From: a virus
Virus record (IMG/VR): IMGVR_UViG_3300021067_000002
Coordinates: 1-48,194 of that record
DNA length: 48,194 nucleotides
Direction: 5' to 3' (one strand)
Part shown: piece after piece, positions 31,436 through 40,844 of the stretch
Position numbering within the stretch: the first letter of the stretch is position 1
Layout of the letters: every line of letters starts with the position of its first letter
Translations under genes and position numbers: made by a program
The notes under the pieces: model-generated
The model's database searches: none
Seen by the model: the letters and a program-made list of their open reading frames with translations, nothing else
What the model was told of the DNA's origin: nothing

Positions 31436-32879
31436 AGACGCTGGTGTACCGAGAGACCAGGCAGAGCGACTAGTATCTCACGGTTATATTCCGTACCCCT
31501 GGCAGTGGCGCTTTCACGCAGCCGCGCGAGAAGCAGACGAGCAAGGTGGCCCGGTAGACATTGGGCTAGGCGGCGCACGAGGCCCCGGTAAGTCTCACGC
31601 CGTACTCTCTCAAGCGGCGCTCGACGACTGCCAGCGCATCCAGAACCTCAAAGGTTTGTTCCTTCGCCAAACCGGTGTAGCGGCGAAAGAGAGTTTCGAC
31701 GACCTTGTAACCAAGGTTGTCGCTGGCCGTGTGCCATATGAGCGAGCAAATAATACCCTTCGTTTTCCAAACACTAACTCGCGCATTATTCTCGGTGGAT
31801 TTAAGGACGAGAACGATATCGATAAGTACATCGGTATCGAATACGACTTCATCATTATTGAAGAGCTAAATCAGCTTACTGAAGAAAAATATCAAAAGCT
31901 TCGCGGCTCATTGCGTACCAGTAAACCCAACTGGCGACCGCGCATGTATACCTCATTTAACCCCGGCGGGTTAGGCCACGGTTTTGTTAAGCAGCGTTAC
32001 GTCATTCCCAAGCGCATGATGGAGGAGCGTGAGACCCGCTTCATTCCCTCGACTTATAAACAAAATCCCAACCTCAACACTGAATACATTGAATACCTAG
32101 AGAGCCTGACGGGTGATTTGGGCAAGGCATGGCGTGAAGGCGACTTTGACCTCTTTGCTGGCCAATACTTCAGTGAGTGGCGATACGACATCCATGTGCG
32201 TGAGCCCTTTGCTATACCAGATGATTGGAGACGCTTTTGCGCCCTGGACTACGGCTACAACGCGCCCAGTGCGTTGGGCTGGTTCGCGATCGACCCGACC
32301 GGACAGTTGTACCTGTACCGCGAGCTGTACCAGAACGAACTGACCTACACGCAGTTGGCTGAAGCCTATGCGTCCATGACCGGGGTGCATGAGAACATCG
32401 AATACTTGGTTGCTGACCCAGCATTTTGGGCCAAGAAGGGGGAACGAGATGACGCCTTAAGCGGTGCGGAGGTGTTTGAGCGGCGGGTGCGAGAGCTGAC
32501 GTTAAACCTCACCACCAAGAAACACCGCTGTCCCTTACTCCAGCGGGGTATCAACGACCGCGTCACCGGCTGGCGCGAGGTGCGTGAATATCTGCGCCCC
32601 TACCAGTTTGAAGAGGAGCTGACTGCCAAGCTCCAGGTGTTTAGTACCTGCACCGAGTTTATCCGCACGTTCCCGAGCTTAATCCACGACGAGCACAATC
32701 CCGAGGATGTTGATAGCGACGGGGAGGACCACGCGGGAGACATGCTACGATATGCAGTAATGAGTAGGCCGAAGCCAAGCAAGACGGCGGATGAACGGGC
32801 AGAGTATCACTTTAACAAGCGCATGAAAGAGAAGGCGAAGAAGCGAGAACGAGGACCGCTGTTTGTAACCAACCGATGA
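31398..32879 (+). CDS. terL: Terminase large subunit
   Basis: Walker A is GGARGPGKSH and Walker B is YDFIIIEE. The C-terminal nuclease region reads CALDYGYNAPSA...DHAGDMLRY. Confidence 0.9.
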   Translation: MDHLLQTCLQTARDAGVPRDQAERLVSHGYIPYPWQWRFHAAAREADEQGGPVDIGLGGARGPGKSHAVLSQAALDDCQRIQNLKGLFLRQTGVAAKESFDDLVTKVVAGRVPYERANNTLRFPNTNSRIILGGFKDENDIDKYIGIEYDFIIIEELNQLTEEKYQKLRGSLRTSKPNWRPRMYTSFNPGGLGHGFVKQRYVIPKRMMEERETRFIPSTYKQNPNLNTEYIEYLESLTGDLGKAWREGDFDLFAGQYFSEWRYDIHVREPFAIPDDWRRFCALDYGYNAPSALGWFAIDPTGQLYLYRELYQNELTYTQLAEAYASMTGVHENIEYLVADPAFWAKKGERDDALSGAEVFERRVRELTLNLTTKKHRCPLLQRGINDRVTGWREVREYLRPYQFEEELTAKLQVFSTCTEFIRTFPSLIHDEHNPEDVDSDGEDHAGDMLRYAVMSRPKPSKTADERAEYHFNKRMKEKAKKRERGPLFVTNR

Positions 32880-32995
32880 AACGTAAATGCTACGTCTGCC
32901 GCAAACCCATCAAAGGCAAGAGCCTGTTTTGTAAGAAGTGCGAGAACAAACCAATCCCACCAGGCCCCATATTAAAAATCTACGACAAGATATGA
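32876..32995 (+). CDS. Micro-ORF, zinc-ribbon-like (39 aa)
   Basis: Sequence begins MKRKCYVCRKPIKGKSLFCKKCEN... It has an ATGA overlap with terL. Confidence 0.35.
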   Translation: MKRKCYVCRKPIKGKSLFCKKCENKPIPPGPILKIYDKI

Positions 32996-33162
32996 AGAAG
33001 ACCATCGAGGAGACAGTCAAACGCGAGGTGTTGGTGTGCGACTTTTGTCACGAAGAGATAGTACACTATGCCGACGCAATCCCCGCGCACCGTGAGATTG
33101 GCGACAAACACGTCCATGGGGGCTGTGTAAACGAATTAATCTTTGACTACTTCGCCAAATGA
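32992..33162 (+). CDS. Small Cys/His protein (56 aa)
   Basis: Sequence is MKKTIEETVKREVLVCDFCHEEI...HVHGGCV. It has ATGA overlaps. Confidence 0.4.
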   Translation: MKKTIEETVKREVLVCDFCHEEIVHYADAIPAHREIGDKHVHGGCVNELIFDYFAK

Positions 33163-33449
33163 TTACCCCCACCCGTAACCGCCTGCTCGTCAAGCCCGAC
33201 CCAAAAGAGAAAGTCATCAAGGGCACTGGCGGTATTGAGCTAGTCCTGACCCAGGCCAACATCAAACAAGGCGGTACTCTACGCTGGGCAACCGTTGAAG
33301 CCATTGGCGCGATCGACAAGGACAAGAGTGAGCCCGCGATCCGCGTCGGCTCCCGCGTGCTCATCAACGACTACGACGGCTACGAGGTGCAGGGCGACAA
33401 AGACGGTCGCGTGCTCATCCCCGTCGAAGGGATTTACGGCGTTGAGTAA
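33159..33449 (+). CDS. groES: GroES/Cpn10-like co-chaperonin
   Basis: The pattern ITPTRNRLLVKPD...GGIEL...ATVEAIG...IRVGSRVLINDYDGYEV...LIPVEGIYGV follows the Cpn10 pattern. Confidence 0.65.
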   Translation: MITPTRNRLLVKPDPKEKVIKGTGGIELVLTQANIKQGGTLRWATVEAIGAIDKDKSEPAIRVGSRVLINDYDGYEVQGDKDGRVLIPVEGIYGVE

Positions 33450-33479
33450 AGTTACTAACACCCTTGCATTTTAAAAACC

Positions 33480-33785
33480 GTGATAAAATTAAGACGTTGG
33501 TTCATTGACATCCTGATACGCCTGACCGAACGCGAGCTGTACGCCACGCCGGTCAAATATCTGCAAGACCAAAAGCACCGAGAGAACTTCTTTGTCACCC
33601 TCTATGAGCTGCCCGGCTTTAAAGAGCACGTGGCAGAACGTGAGACCCGCATCGTCCACGCCCAGGCCCGAAAATGGCAGGAGAGTGTACAAGGTCAGCG
33701 GGTAGAGAACGCCTTGCTGTTCCAGAAGGCCAAGGCTGCATACGACCGCAGACAAGAGGCTCTAGCGCGAGAGAAGAAGGATTAG
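33480..33785 (+). CDS. Hypothetical protein (101 aa, GTG start uncertain)
   Basis: Open frame with helical, charged composition. It has no internal Met and no SD. Confidence 0.4.
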   Translation: MIKLRRWFIDILIRLTERELYATPVKYLQDQKHRENFFVTLYELPGFKEHVAERETRIVHAQARKWQESVQGQRVENALLFQKAKAAYDRRQEALAREKKD

Positions 33786-33842
33786 CACCTGCACTTCTTC
33801 CCTCACGCAAGCGCAAGCTTGTTAACAACTAGTCGCGTCACT

Positions 33843-34397
33843 ATGAAAGAAGACGATAACCAACCCGAAGCCGTTGAGGTGGAGAACACGGAGGTAGAAG
33901 CTCCTTCACAAGAGCCCTCACCAAGCGGTGATCCGTTTGATTTGATTGAGGACCCTACTGTCCGTGGTGAAGCGAAGAAATATCGCTCCATCGCACAGCG
34001 TAAGGCAAGCAAGCCCGAGACGAAGGTGGAAACACCTGCGCCCCAGCCCACTACCCTTACCCGTGACGATCTTGTGCGTATTAACGCCAAGACGGCGAAG
34101 GAATTGGTTGATGCTCCCATCCAGGAGCATTGGAGTGAGTTGATAGACTACATTCCACCCAAGTATCGCAATGCGGAGACCCCTGCTGAAATAGCACAGG
34201 GTATGAAGCTTGCGTACGTTGCTTACCAGGCCGAACATCCTGAGAAAGCAACAAGCAACCCGGCTGCTGACTTGCAGACCACCCCGAGCGTGAAGCGCAC
34301 CTCTGGTGCCCCAACCGCGACGGGTGAGCGACAGACACAGCCGATCTTGCGGAAAACCACGTCGATGACCGACTGGTATCCCAAACCTCAAAAATAA
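33843..34397 (+). CDS. Scaffolding-protein candidate (acidic N-terminus, Pro/Ala-rich)
   Basis: Assigned from its position upstream of the decoration and capsid genes, and from its composition. No family motif was recognised. Confidence 0.35.
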   Translation: MKEDDNQPEAVEVENTEVEAPSQEPSPSGDPFDLIEDPTVRGEAKKYRSIAQRKASKPETKVETPAPQPTTLTRDDLVRINAKTAKELVDAPIQEHWSELIDYIPPKYRNAETPAEIAQGMKLAYVAYQAEHPEKATSNPAADLQTTPSVKRTSGAPTATGERQTQPILRKTTSMTDWYPKPQK

Positions 34398-34436
34398 CAA
34401 ACTGCCACCGCTCTTACTAAACTAGTTAAGAGCAAC

Positions 34437-34844
34437 ATGTTTAAACCTGAAAGCAACTTTCAGCACCAGCTCGTCCGGGTTGGCGTGGCTAACTCCACGA
34501 CCGTTACCAAGGGCGACGCAATGGTGGACAACGGCTCGGGCTATCTCACGACAGCATCGGCCGGGGGTAACGTAGACATCCATTACGTTGCCATGGAGAC
34601 GGTCACCACAACCGCCGATGGCCAGCTCGTCCTTATGTGCCGCACTGACGGAGTTACCTTCGTTGCGGACACTGACGCTAACCCGGCACAGACCGACGTT
34701 GGCACTGAGGCCGACCTTGCTGCCGCTGGTCAGGTAGACCCTGACGCGTCCACCGACGACATCTTCTACATTGAGGCTATCGTTGGTGCGGTAGGCGATA
34801 AGAAAGTCCGCGGTCACTTCATGCGCGGCGTCCCGAACTCCTAA
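34437..34844 (+). CDS. Head decoration/cement-like protein (DUF2190-like)
   Basis: 135-aa beta-rich protein directly upstream of the capsid gene. Family membership is recalled only loosely. Confidence 0.4.
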   Translation: MFKPESNFQHQLVRVGVANSTTVTKGDAMVDNGSGYLTTASAGGNVDIHYVAMETVTTTADGQLVLMCRTDGVTFVADTDANPAQTDVGTEADLAAAGQVDPDASTDDIFYIEAIVGAVGDKKVRGHFMRGVPNS

Positions 34845-34868
34845 TTAACCTAGGGGTTCTCTTCATGT

Positions 34869-35402
34869 ATGTGCAGAAATTGCGAACAACCTATTCCACA
34901 AACTGCTAGCCACTGGCGTACTGCGAAATATTGCAGGCGCACTTGCTGGAAGTCTCATTGGAAAGGCGTAAACACACATATGTGGGGGGTAAAAGGGAAG
35001 CTGCACCCAACCTTCGGCCGTAAGCACACGGATGAAGCGAAGGCGAAAATCGCAGCTAGCATGAAAATCCAAGATCGTTCAGGTTCTAGGTCGCCTGTTT
35101 GGATTGCTGACCGTTCAAAGTTGGCAAAGGCAGACGAGCATCGCAACGATACTTCGCATCATGAATGGTCGAAGAACGTTAAGAACCGCGACGGCTGGAC
35201 ATGCAAAATTGACAACCAAGACTGCGAAGGGAGATTAGAAGCTCATCACATCCTTTCGTACAAAGAATATCCAGAGCTTCGTTATCAGATTACCAACGGC
35301 ATCACCTTATGCCACGCACACCACCCGTTCGGGCGTGCGGAAGAGAAGCGGCTTGCGCCTGAGTTTCAGGCAATGGTGTCAGCATCAAAGGCACTTAATT
35401 GA
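34869..35402 (+). CDS. HNH homing endonuclease with a NUMOD3-like motif
   Basis: Motifs are GKLHPTFGRKHTDEAKAKIAASM and WTCKI..CEGRLEAHHILSYKEYPELRYQITNGITLCHAHH. It is a paralogue of 40841..41392. Confidence 0.75.
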   Translation: MCRNCEQPIPQTASHWRTAKYCRRTCWKSHWKGVNTHMWGVKGKLHPTFGRKHTDEAKAKIAASMKIQDRSGSRSPVWIADRSKLAKADEHRNDTSHHEWSKNVKNRDGWTCKIDNQDCEGRLEAHHILSYKEYPELRYQITNGITLCHAHHPFGRAEEKRLAPEFQAMVSASKALN

Positions 35403-36376
35403 TTACTCGATCAGATTTCGCCAGTCTCACTGACGATTTGCAGGGCATCTTCAACGAGCAAGCTGCAAACTCCGTCGCTGAGATGGTGGGTCCCAAAATC
35501 TTCGAGGTGAAGGATACGGATCGCCGCACCTTCGACCACCTCATCCTCCACGGCGTGGCAGGTATCCAAGAGGTTGGCGATGGCCAGGACTTCCCGTCTG
35601 TTACCTCGGTAGAGGGTGATAGCATCACCTACACGCAGCGCCACTTCGCAGCCATCGTGCCCGTCACGAAGGACATGCGTAAGTTTGACCTGCATGACCA
35701 GATAGAAACCACGGTTAAAAGCATCACTCAGGACGCCTTCCACAAAGTGGATCAGTCCTATGCTGATGTGCTGACCAACGGCTGGAGCACCAGCTACACC
35801 GACGTATACGGCCGCTCGATCGGCGCAACGGGTCCTGACGGCCTTGCGCTCTTCTCGTCTGTACACTCGAACAACATCAACAGCTCGACGTTCTCGAACT
35901 TGCTGCTTGACGACGCAGGTAACGCTGACCCGGTGCTCTCTCGCGCAGCAATCGTCGAGAGCCGCGCCCGCGCCATGCGCTATTCGGACCCGAATGGTTT
36001 GGTCCGCCCCATCAACCTCAACACGTTGGTTGTGTCGGCCGCCAATGAGGACCTTGCAGAGCGCATTGTGTTCTCGTCTGGCGTCCAGGGCACCCCGAAC
36101 GTGGACAACAACCCGCTCAAGGGTAAGGTCAGCCAGATTATCGTCTGGCCGCGCCTCGATGTCCGCACCGGTGGCACTGACACCGACCAGTACTGGTTCA
36201 TGTGCGACAGCTCGAAGGTAGGCGAGAGCCTCAAGTCGAAGTTTGCAGAGCGCCCATCGCTCGACGCGCCTGAAGAGGTGTATGAGAACAAGACCTGGGA
36301 GTACTCGATCGACTACTACTACACCACTGGCTTGGGCTTCCCTGCCTACATCCGTGGCTCACGCGGCACTGTTTAA
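35399..36376 (+). CDS. Major capsid protein candidate
   Basis: 325 aa at the expected position. Its sequence resembles gpT/HK97-fold capsid proteins. The TTG start overlaps the HNH stop. Confidence 0.6.
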   Translation: MITRSDFASLTDDLQGIFNEQAANSVAEMVGPKIFEVKDTDRRTFDHLILHGVAGIQEVGDGQDFPSVTSVEGDSITYTQRHFAAIVPVTKDMRKFDLHDQIETTVKSITQDAFHKVDQSYADVLTNGWSTSYTDVYGRSIGATGPDGLALFSSVHSNNINSSTFSNLLLDDAGNADPVLSRAAIVESRARAMRYSDPNGLVRPINLNTLVVSAANEDLAERIVFSSGVQGTPNVDNNPLKGKVSQIIVWPRLDVRTGGTDTDQYWFMCDSSKVGESLKSKFAERPSLDAPEEVYENKTWEYSIDYYYTTGLGFPAYIRGSRGTV

Positions 36377-36409
36377 CCATTAGCCATTATCAGCTAATCC
36401 CTAACTCTT

Positions 36410-36697
36410 ATGCCTAAATGGGCAAATCTCGTAGCACAGGGGCGCGTCAAATCGATCGGCGTACCGTGGAGTGATGCAGAGGCCGCAGCACGCGCCCTCG
36501 GTATCCCCGCTGAGTACGTCCGCTCTGGCGTCTTGACCCTGGACGACTACGAAAAAGCCAAAGCATCAGACTTGAAGAAAGGTGTCACGATTGAAACCCT
36601 GCCCAGCGGTGAAAAAGTCCGCAGTGGTACGGATATGAAAATCGGCGATACCGTCATCAAAGTCTCGAAGGCGAAGACGGGGACCAAAAAGAAATAG
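36410..36697 (+). CDS. Hypothetical protein (95 aa, Lys-rich tail)
   Basis: Clean ORF in the structural array. Confidence 0.5.
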   Translation: MPKWANLVAQGRVKSIGVPWSDAEAAARALGIPAEYVRSGVLTLDDYEKAKASDLKKGVTIETLPSGEKVRSGTDMKIGDTVIKVSKAKTGTKKK

Positions 36698-36700
36698 CAT

Positions 36701-37159
36701 ATGGCTACATTGATGAAATACAGTGCTGTTGCGATCGTCTGTTTGGCCCTCGGGTACTTCGTGGCTCCTGCCGCACTAACTATGTTTGGTGCGAACACGT
36801 ACGTCACGACGCTTACCAATCCGCACAAACAAGGTACCAACGGCTCCAGTAACGTGGAGGCGAAGGCAACTACTTGTGATCTTGCGAACGCTGACACATC
36901 AATTGCGGCGTCCTCGACCGGGTACACGTACTGCACAGTAACGGGTGTTGCTTCTGGCGACATCGTGCTCGCGCAGCTCTCGACTACCACTGGCAACACC
37001 TTGTTTGGCGGGTGGGCAATCCAGAGCGCGAAAGCCTCTACCACTGCCAACAAGATTGACATCATGTTGACGAACCTCACTGGCGCGGCTGCGGTACCAT
37101 CCGCAAACAACGCAAAGGTCGGTTCTTCGACAAATATCTGGGTCGTAGACACGCTCTAG
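36701..37159 (+). CDS. Beta-rich protein with an N-terminal hydrophobic segment (152 aa)
   Basis: N-terminus is MATLMKYSAVAIVCLALGYFVAPAALT. Confidence 0.55.
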   Translation: MATLMKYSAVAIVCLALGYFVAPAALTMFGANTYVTTLTNPHKQGTNGSSNVEAKATTCDLANADTSIAASSTGYTYCTVTGVASGDIVLAQLSTTTGNTLFGGWAIQSAKASTTANKIDIMLTNLTGAAAVPSANNAKVGSSTNIWVVDTL

Positions 37160-37169
37160 TGCTCAATCT

Positions 37170-37189
37170 CAGCCCCTCACGAGGGGTTG
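37170..37189 (+). terminator. Hairpin after the capsid-proximal genes
   Basis: Sequence is cagcccc-tcacga-ggggttg, with no clear U-tract. Confidence 0.3.
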
Positions 37190-37215
37190 GGAATTGGGCG
37201 CTACCAATTACCAAA

Positions 37216-37221
37216 TAAATT
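37216..37221 (+). promoter_or_regulatory. -10-like TAAATT, 6 nt before the ATG at 37228
   Basis: Sequence is aaaTAAATTaacatcATG, with no SD. Confidence 0.3.
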
Positions 37222-37227
37222 AACATC

Positions 37228-37650
37228 ATGGCACTCTCAAAAAACAAAACGATCATGTGTCTCTTTGCAGGCATCTTGTTCCTTATACTGGCACTTGGCA
37301 TCAAGACCAGCGATGCAAACGGCTTTACTGGGTATGGTGGACCAAGCGGCGTCCCTGTTGTGGCATCATCGACGACCTTTACAGTTACAACTGGCGCATC
37401 ACTCCGCATCCTGGCGACCTCGACCAACCGCGTTGCCGCATCGGTTGAAACCTACAACTGCGCTGCCAACAGCTCACTCTTTATGCGGTTTAACGATGTG
37501 ACAGCGACCGCTGCAACTGGAAAGGCGTTGCACTCGACCTCTACCACCGAGTTTGGTGGGGACGTACCTATGCAACGCGGATCGGTCCAAGCAATCGCTG
37601 GTACCGGTACCTGCACCGTATTAGTCACTGAGTGGCGCACGGCGAACTAA
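37228..37650 (+). CDS. Beta-rich protein with an N-terminal TM/signal segment (140 aa)
   Basis: N-terminus is MALSKNKTIMCLFAGILFLILALGIKT. Confidence 0.55.
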   Translation: MALSKNKTIMCLFAGILFLILALGIKTSDANGFTGYGGPSGVPVVASSTTFTVTTGASLRILATSTNRVAASVETYNCAANSSLFMRFNDVTATAATGKALHSTSTTEFGGDVPMQRGSVQAIAGTGTCTVLVTEWRTAN

Positions 37651-37652
37651 CC

Positions 37653-37922
37653 ATGGACGAACACACGAAGCGTGAGATTAGAGAAGCCGTACAAGACGCC
37701 TTCTCAGCGGGAGTGGAGAATAAACGCTTCGTGGACGTGTCCCGTGTGCCGCTGATTTGCCAGAGTATTGTCTCGCTTGCAGACGACATGAAAGACCTCA
37801 AAGAGAGCATGGTAACGCAAGATCAGTTCTGGCCGGTCAAAACACTGGTCTACACCATCGTCGGCATTATGCTCACCTCTATGGTACTCGCATTAGTCAG
37901 CATGGTCTTAATCAACCAATAA
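37653..37922 (+). CDS. Small protein with a C-terminal TM helix (89 aa)
   Basis: The Met at 37653 follows the upstream stop. The C-terminus is TLVYTIVGIMLTSMVLALVSMVLI. Confidence 0.5.
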   Translation: MDEHTKREIREAVQDAFSAGVENKRFVDVSRVPLICQSIVSLADDMKDLKESMVTQDQFWPVKTLVYTIVGIMLTSMVLALVSMVLINQ

Positions 37923-37923
37923 C

Positions 37924-39369
37924 GTGATCCCACTCCTCCAACACCGCAACGGCACGCTCTTTATCGACAACACGGAGCTTCAATCTGGTGCGGTGGCGGA
38001 GAGCTACCTCACCGCTGAAGGTACGTCAGGCAGCGGCACCATTACGGTCAAAAACATCCTGGGCTTTGGTATCAACCAGATACTCTTGATCGAAGACCTG
38101 GGCAGCGAGAACGCGGAAATCATCCTGACCCACGCCTCGACCACACCCTCTGGTACGACAGTGACGCTTGCGTCGAACCTCGTCAAAACGCACCCAGTCG
38201 GCTCGAAAGTCCGCGTTATTATCTACAACCAATTTGAGCTGAAGCGGGGCACAACCACAGTTGCCGCTGACGCCACCGCACTCACCGTCGCGACAACCGC
38301 GAACTTCAACCCCGTCTCCTCCCTTGGCTCGGGATTGGTCGCGGTAGACCCCACCTTAAAGGTGCAGTCGCATGAGAGCAGCGAGCACACCTCGGGCTAC
38401 TACTTTGCCCGCTACAAGAACTCGATCACCTCAGACTTCAGTGGCTACACCGATGCAGTCATTTACGGCGGATGGGCGCAGAACACCGTGGGCTACCTGA
38501 TTGAGACCGCGTTGCGCGAACTGGGCTTGACCCTAAGCGAGATGGTCACGCGCCTGGACTGCTACCGTTGGGTCAACGAGTGCCTCAAAGAGATTGAAGG
38601 CAAGCAGATTAAATGGCCCGAGCACTTTAAGTTTAACTACTCCCTGACAAACCTCACGGCCGGTGACTACCAATACTCCCTGCCCACCGACATCTACGAC
38701 GACGAGAGCAATCGAAGCATCATCGGCGTCCGCATTGGCTCGAAAGGCGAACCCCTTAACTACATATCACCGACCGAGTTTGAGGAGCTGCTGGACGGCA
38801 TTGCGATCACAACCGCAGCTGAAGCGGGATCGGTGGGAGAGACGGACATTGACCTGACCAGTGCCGCTGACTTCGTTGATAGTGGCACCGTGTACTACTT
38901 TGCCTCCGGTGTGCAGTACTCCTTCACGTACACCGGCAAATCATCGAACACCCTCACGGGTATTCCGGCCTCGGGTACGGGGTCAATCACCCAAGCCTTT
39001 AGCTCGGGCGACACCATGTACCAAAGCCTCACCATAGGGGTTCCTGCCCATTACACGGTGCGCGAAGGCTCACTCGACTTCTTCCCCTTCCCTGGCGCTG
39101 ATGAGCACGGCCTATCCGTCGCCCTGGACTACGCCACTGTGGTTACGGCCGTAGACAGCGATGGCGATGAACTGGACCTGCATCGCGCCGATATCGTGCA
39201 GCCCTACTTGCAGTGGCGTATCCGCTGCAAAGCGAAGTTGAGCAACATGCTCGATCGCAACGACGGCTACTACATGACCTACAAGGAGCGCTTGAATGAC
39301 GCCATACGAACGGCGGCACGTGTTACCTCCCGTATGCAGCCCCGCATTAATCGTATGCGTAAAAAATGA
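37924..39369 (+). CDS. Virion structural protein (481 aa; tail/adaptor candidate)
   Basis: Long ORF with a GTG start and coupled stops. No family motif was recognised. Confidence 0.55.
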   Translation: MIPLLQHRNGTLFIDNTELQSGAVAESYLTAEGTSGSGTITVKNILGFGINQILLIEDLGSENAEIILTHASTTPSGTTVTLASNLVKTHPVGSKVRVIIYNQFELKRGTTTVAADATALTVATTANFNPVSSLGSGLVAVDPTLKVQSHESSEHTSGYYFARYKNSITSDFSGYTDAVIYGGWAQNTVGYLIETALRELGLTLSEMVTRLDCYRWVNECLKEIEGKQIKWPEHFKFNYSLTNLTAGDYQYSLPTDIYDDESNRSIIGVRIGSKGEPLNYISPTEFEELLDGIAITTAAEAGSVGETDIDLTSAADFVDSGTVYYFASGVQYSFTYTGKSSNTLTGIPASGTGSITQAFSSGDTMYQSLTIGVPAHYTVREGSLDFFPFPGADEHGLSVALDYATVVTAVDSDGDELDLHRADIVQPYLQWRIRCKAKLSNMLDRNDGYYMTYKERLNDAIRTAARVTSRMQPRINRMRKK

Positions 39370-40844
39370 GACTACCTAACGGCTTTCACAAATCAGACTT
39401 CTCGGCAGGACAGGTAAACAACGTCTCGCCCAACTTGGTCCCCAAAAACTCAGTAGAGCTTGGTGTCAACGTTGTATTTGACGAGGAGATTGGGTCAGCA
39501 GCCTCGCGCCTTGGCACTGCAATAGTCGGGAGCCAGTTGGTGGACAACATGACCATCCTCGGTCTGCACCAGCACATCGACACTGACAACGCCTCGAACA
39601 ACATCCTCTTCGCCACGTTGAACGCCTCGGGCGGGGCGACTTCTAAAGTGATGAATGTAACCGCTGGTACGAACGTCGTCACCGGTCTTACGGCAAATAC
39701 CAAAATGCGCTTCCTTACCTTTGGTGGGGAGACCTTGGCGATTAACGGCGCGGATGCCGAGCGAAGCTGGAACGGCTCAAGCTGGATTACGACCGGTGGT
39801 GTGTTTGACCTCGCTGATTACCCCGGCTCGAACTCCTGCGATTTGGCCATTGAGTTTTTGGACCGCATCTACACCGCAGGGGACAGCACCCACCCGTCGC
39901 GCCTGCACTTCTCCACTATCTTTGACGGCTCGGCCATTACCTGGAACAGCGATTACATCGACATTGAAAAGGAGGACGCGGGGGGACCGATCACCGCTTT
40001 AGCAAAAGTTCCTGGCTACGTGCTCATCTTTAAGGAGCGCAGCTTGCATCGCTTTAACGGGCAATCCACCTTCCCCGAAAGCCTTATCCAAATCGGCACC
40101 CCGACGCAGGAAAGCGTGGTGATGGCTGGTGGGTTGTGCGCCTTTTACTCGAACTCCAATGAGAACGCGAAGGGCTTTTACATTACGGACGGTCGCAGGC
40201 CCGTCCCGATCAGTCACGACAACACGCGACCGATTAAGAAGTGGGTTGACGCGATATCGAGCGATACGGCTGTTGCAGGCTACGCCACTGACCGTGGATT
40301 TGCGTGGTCCATTGGTGACGTAACCGTAGACGGTGAAGCGTGGACCAACGTACACCTCAACTACAATCGCCACCTTAACCAGTGGAGCGTCTCGACCTAC
40401 CCGACCCAGCACAGCGTCTTTGCAAGCTATTTGGTGGGCGGGGTGAACACCACCGTTGCAGGGGATGATGACGGCACAATCTACCGCATCAACAAGGCCG
40501 CCACCTACTCGGACAACGGCACGGCGATCCCCTGGCGCGTCCGGGATCGGTGGGAGGACTTTGGCCTTAACCAACTCAAAGAGATTAGCGACCACGTGTA
40601 CGTGCGGGGCAAGAACCTACAAGGTGCCCAGGTGCGCGTATACCGCGATGAGAACGTAGAAGACTTCGTATCCGTAGGTGCCCCCACCCTCTTTCAAAAG
40701 CTCCTCTCCTGGCTCCAAATCGGCGTGGTGATCCGCGGCACATCCTTTGCGGTTGAAATCCTCGGTGAAACATCGAATGCCCGCGCCTACGTGCGAGAGT
40801 TTGAGTTACCGGCCATTGACGTGCTCACCAGCTACAAGCAATGA
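39366..40844 (+). CDS. Virion structural protein (492 aa; beta-propeller-like tail/nozzle candidate)
   Basis: ATGA-coupled to its neighbour. A repetitive beta-strand pattern is present (..GPITALAKVPGYVLIFKERSLHRF..). Confidence 0.55.
   Translation: MRLPNGFHKSDFSAGQVNNVSPNLVPKNSVELGVNVVFDEEIGSAASRLGTAIVGSQLVDNMTILGLHQHIDTDNASNNILFATLNASGGATSKVMNVTAGTNVVTGLTANTKMRFLTFGGETLAINGADAERSWNGSSWITTGGVFDLADYPGSNSCDLAIEFLDRIYTAGDSTHPSRLHFSTIFDGSAITWNSDYIDIEKEDAGGPITALAKVPGYVLIFKERSLHRFNGQSTFPESLIQIGTPTQESVVMAGGLCAFYSNSNENAKGFYITDGRRPVPISHDNTRPIKKWVDAISSDTAVAGYATDRGFAWSIGDVTVDGEAWTNVHLNYNRHLNQWSVSTYPTQHSVFASYLVGGVNTTVAGDDDGTIYRINKAATYSDNGTAIPWRVRDRWEDFGLNQLKEISDHVYVRGKNLQGAQVRVYRDENVEDFVSVGAPTLFQKLLSWLQIGVVIRGTSFAVEILGETSNARAYVREFELPAIDVLTSYKQ

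Noticed and set aside
33481-33489. Extended -10-like TGATAAAAT at the start of ORF 33480..33785
   Set aside because: It overlaps the only available start codon (GTG at 33480). No start codon lies at a leaderless distance downstream, so it is probably coincidental.
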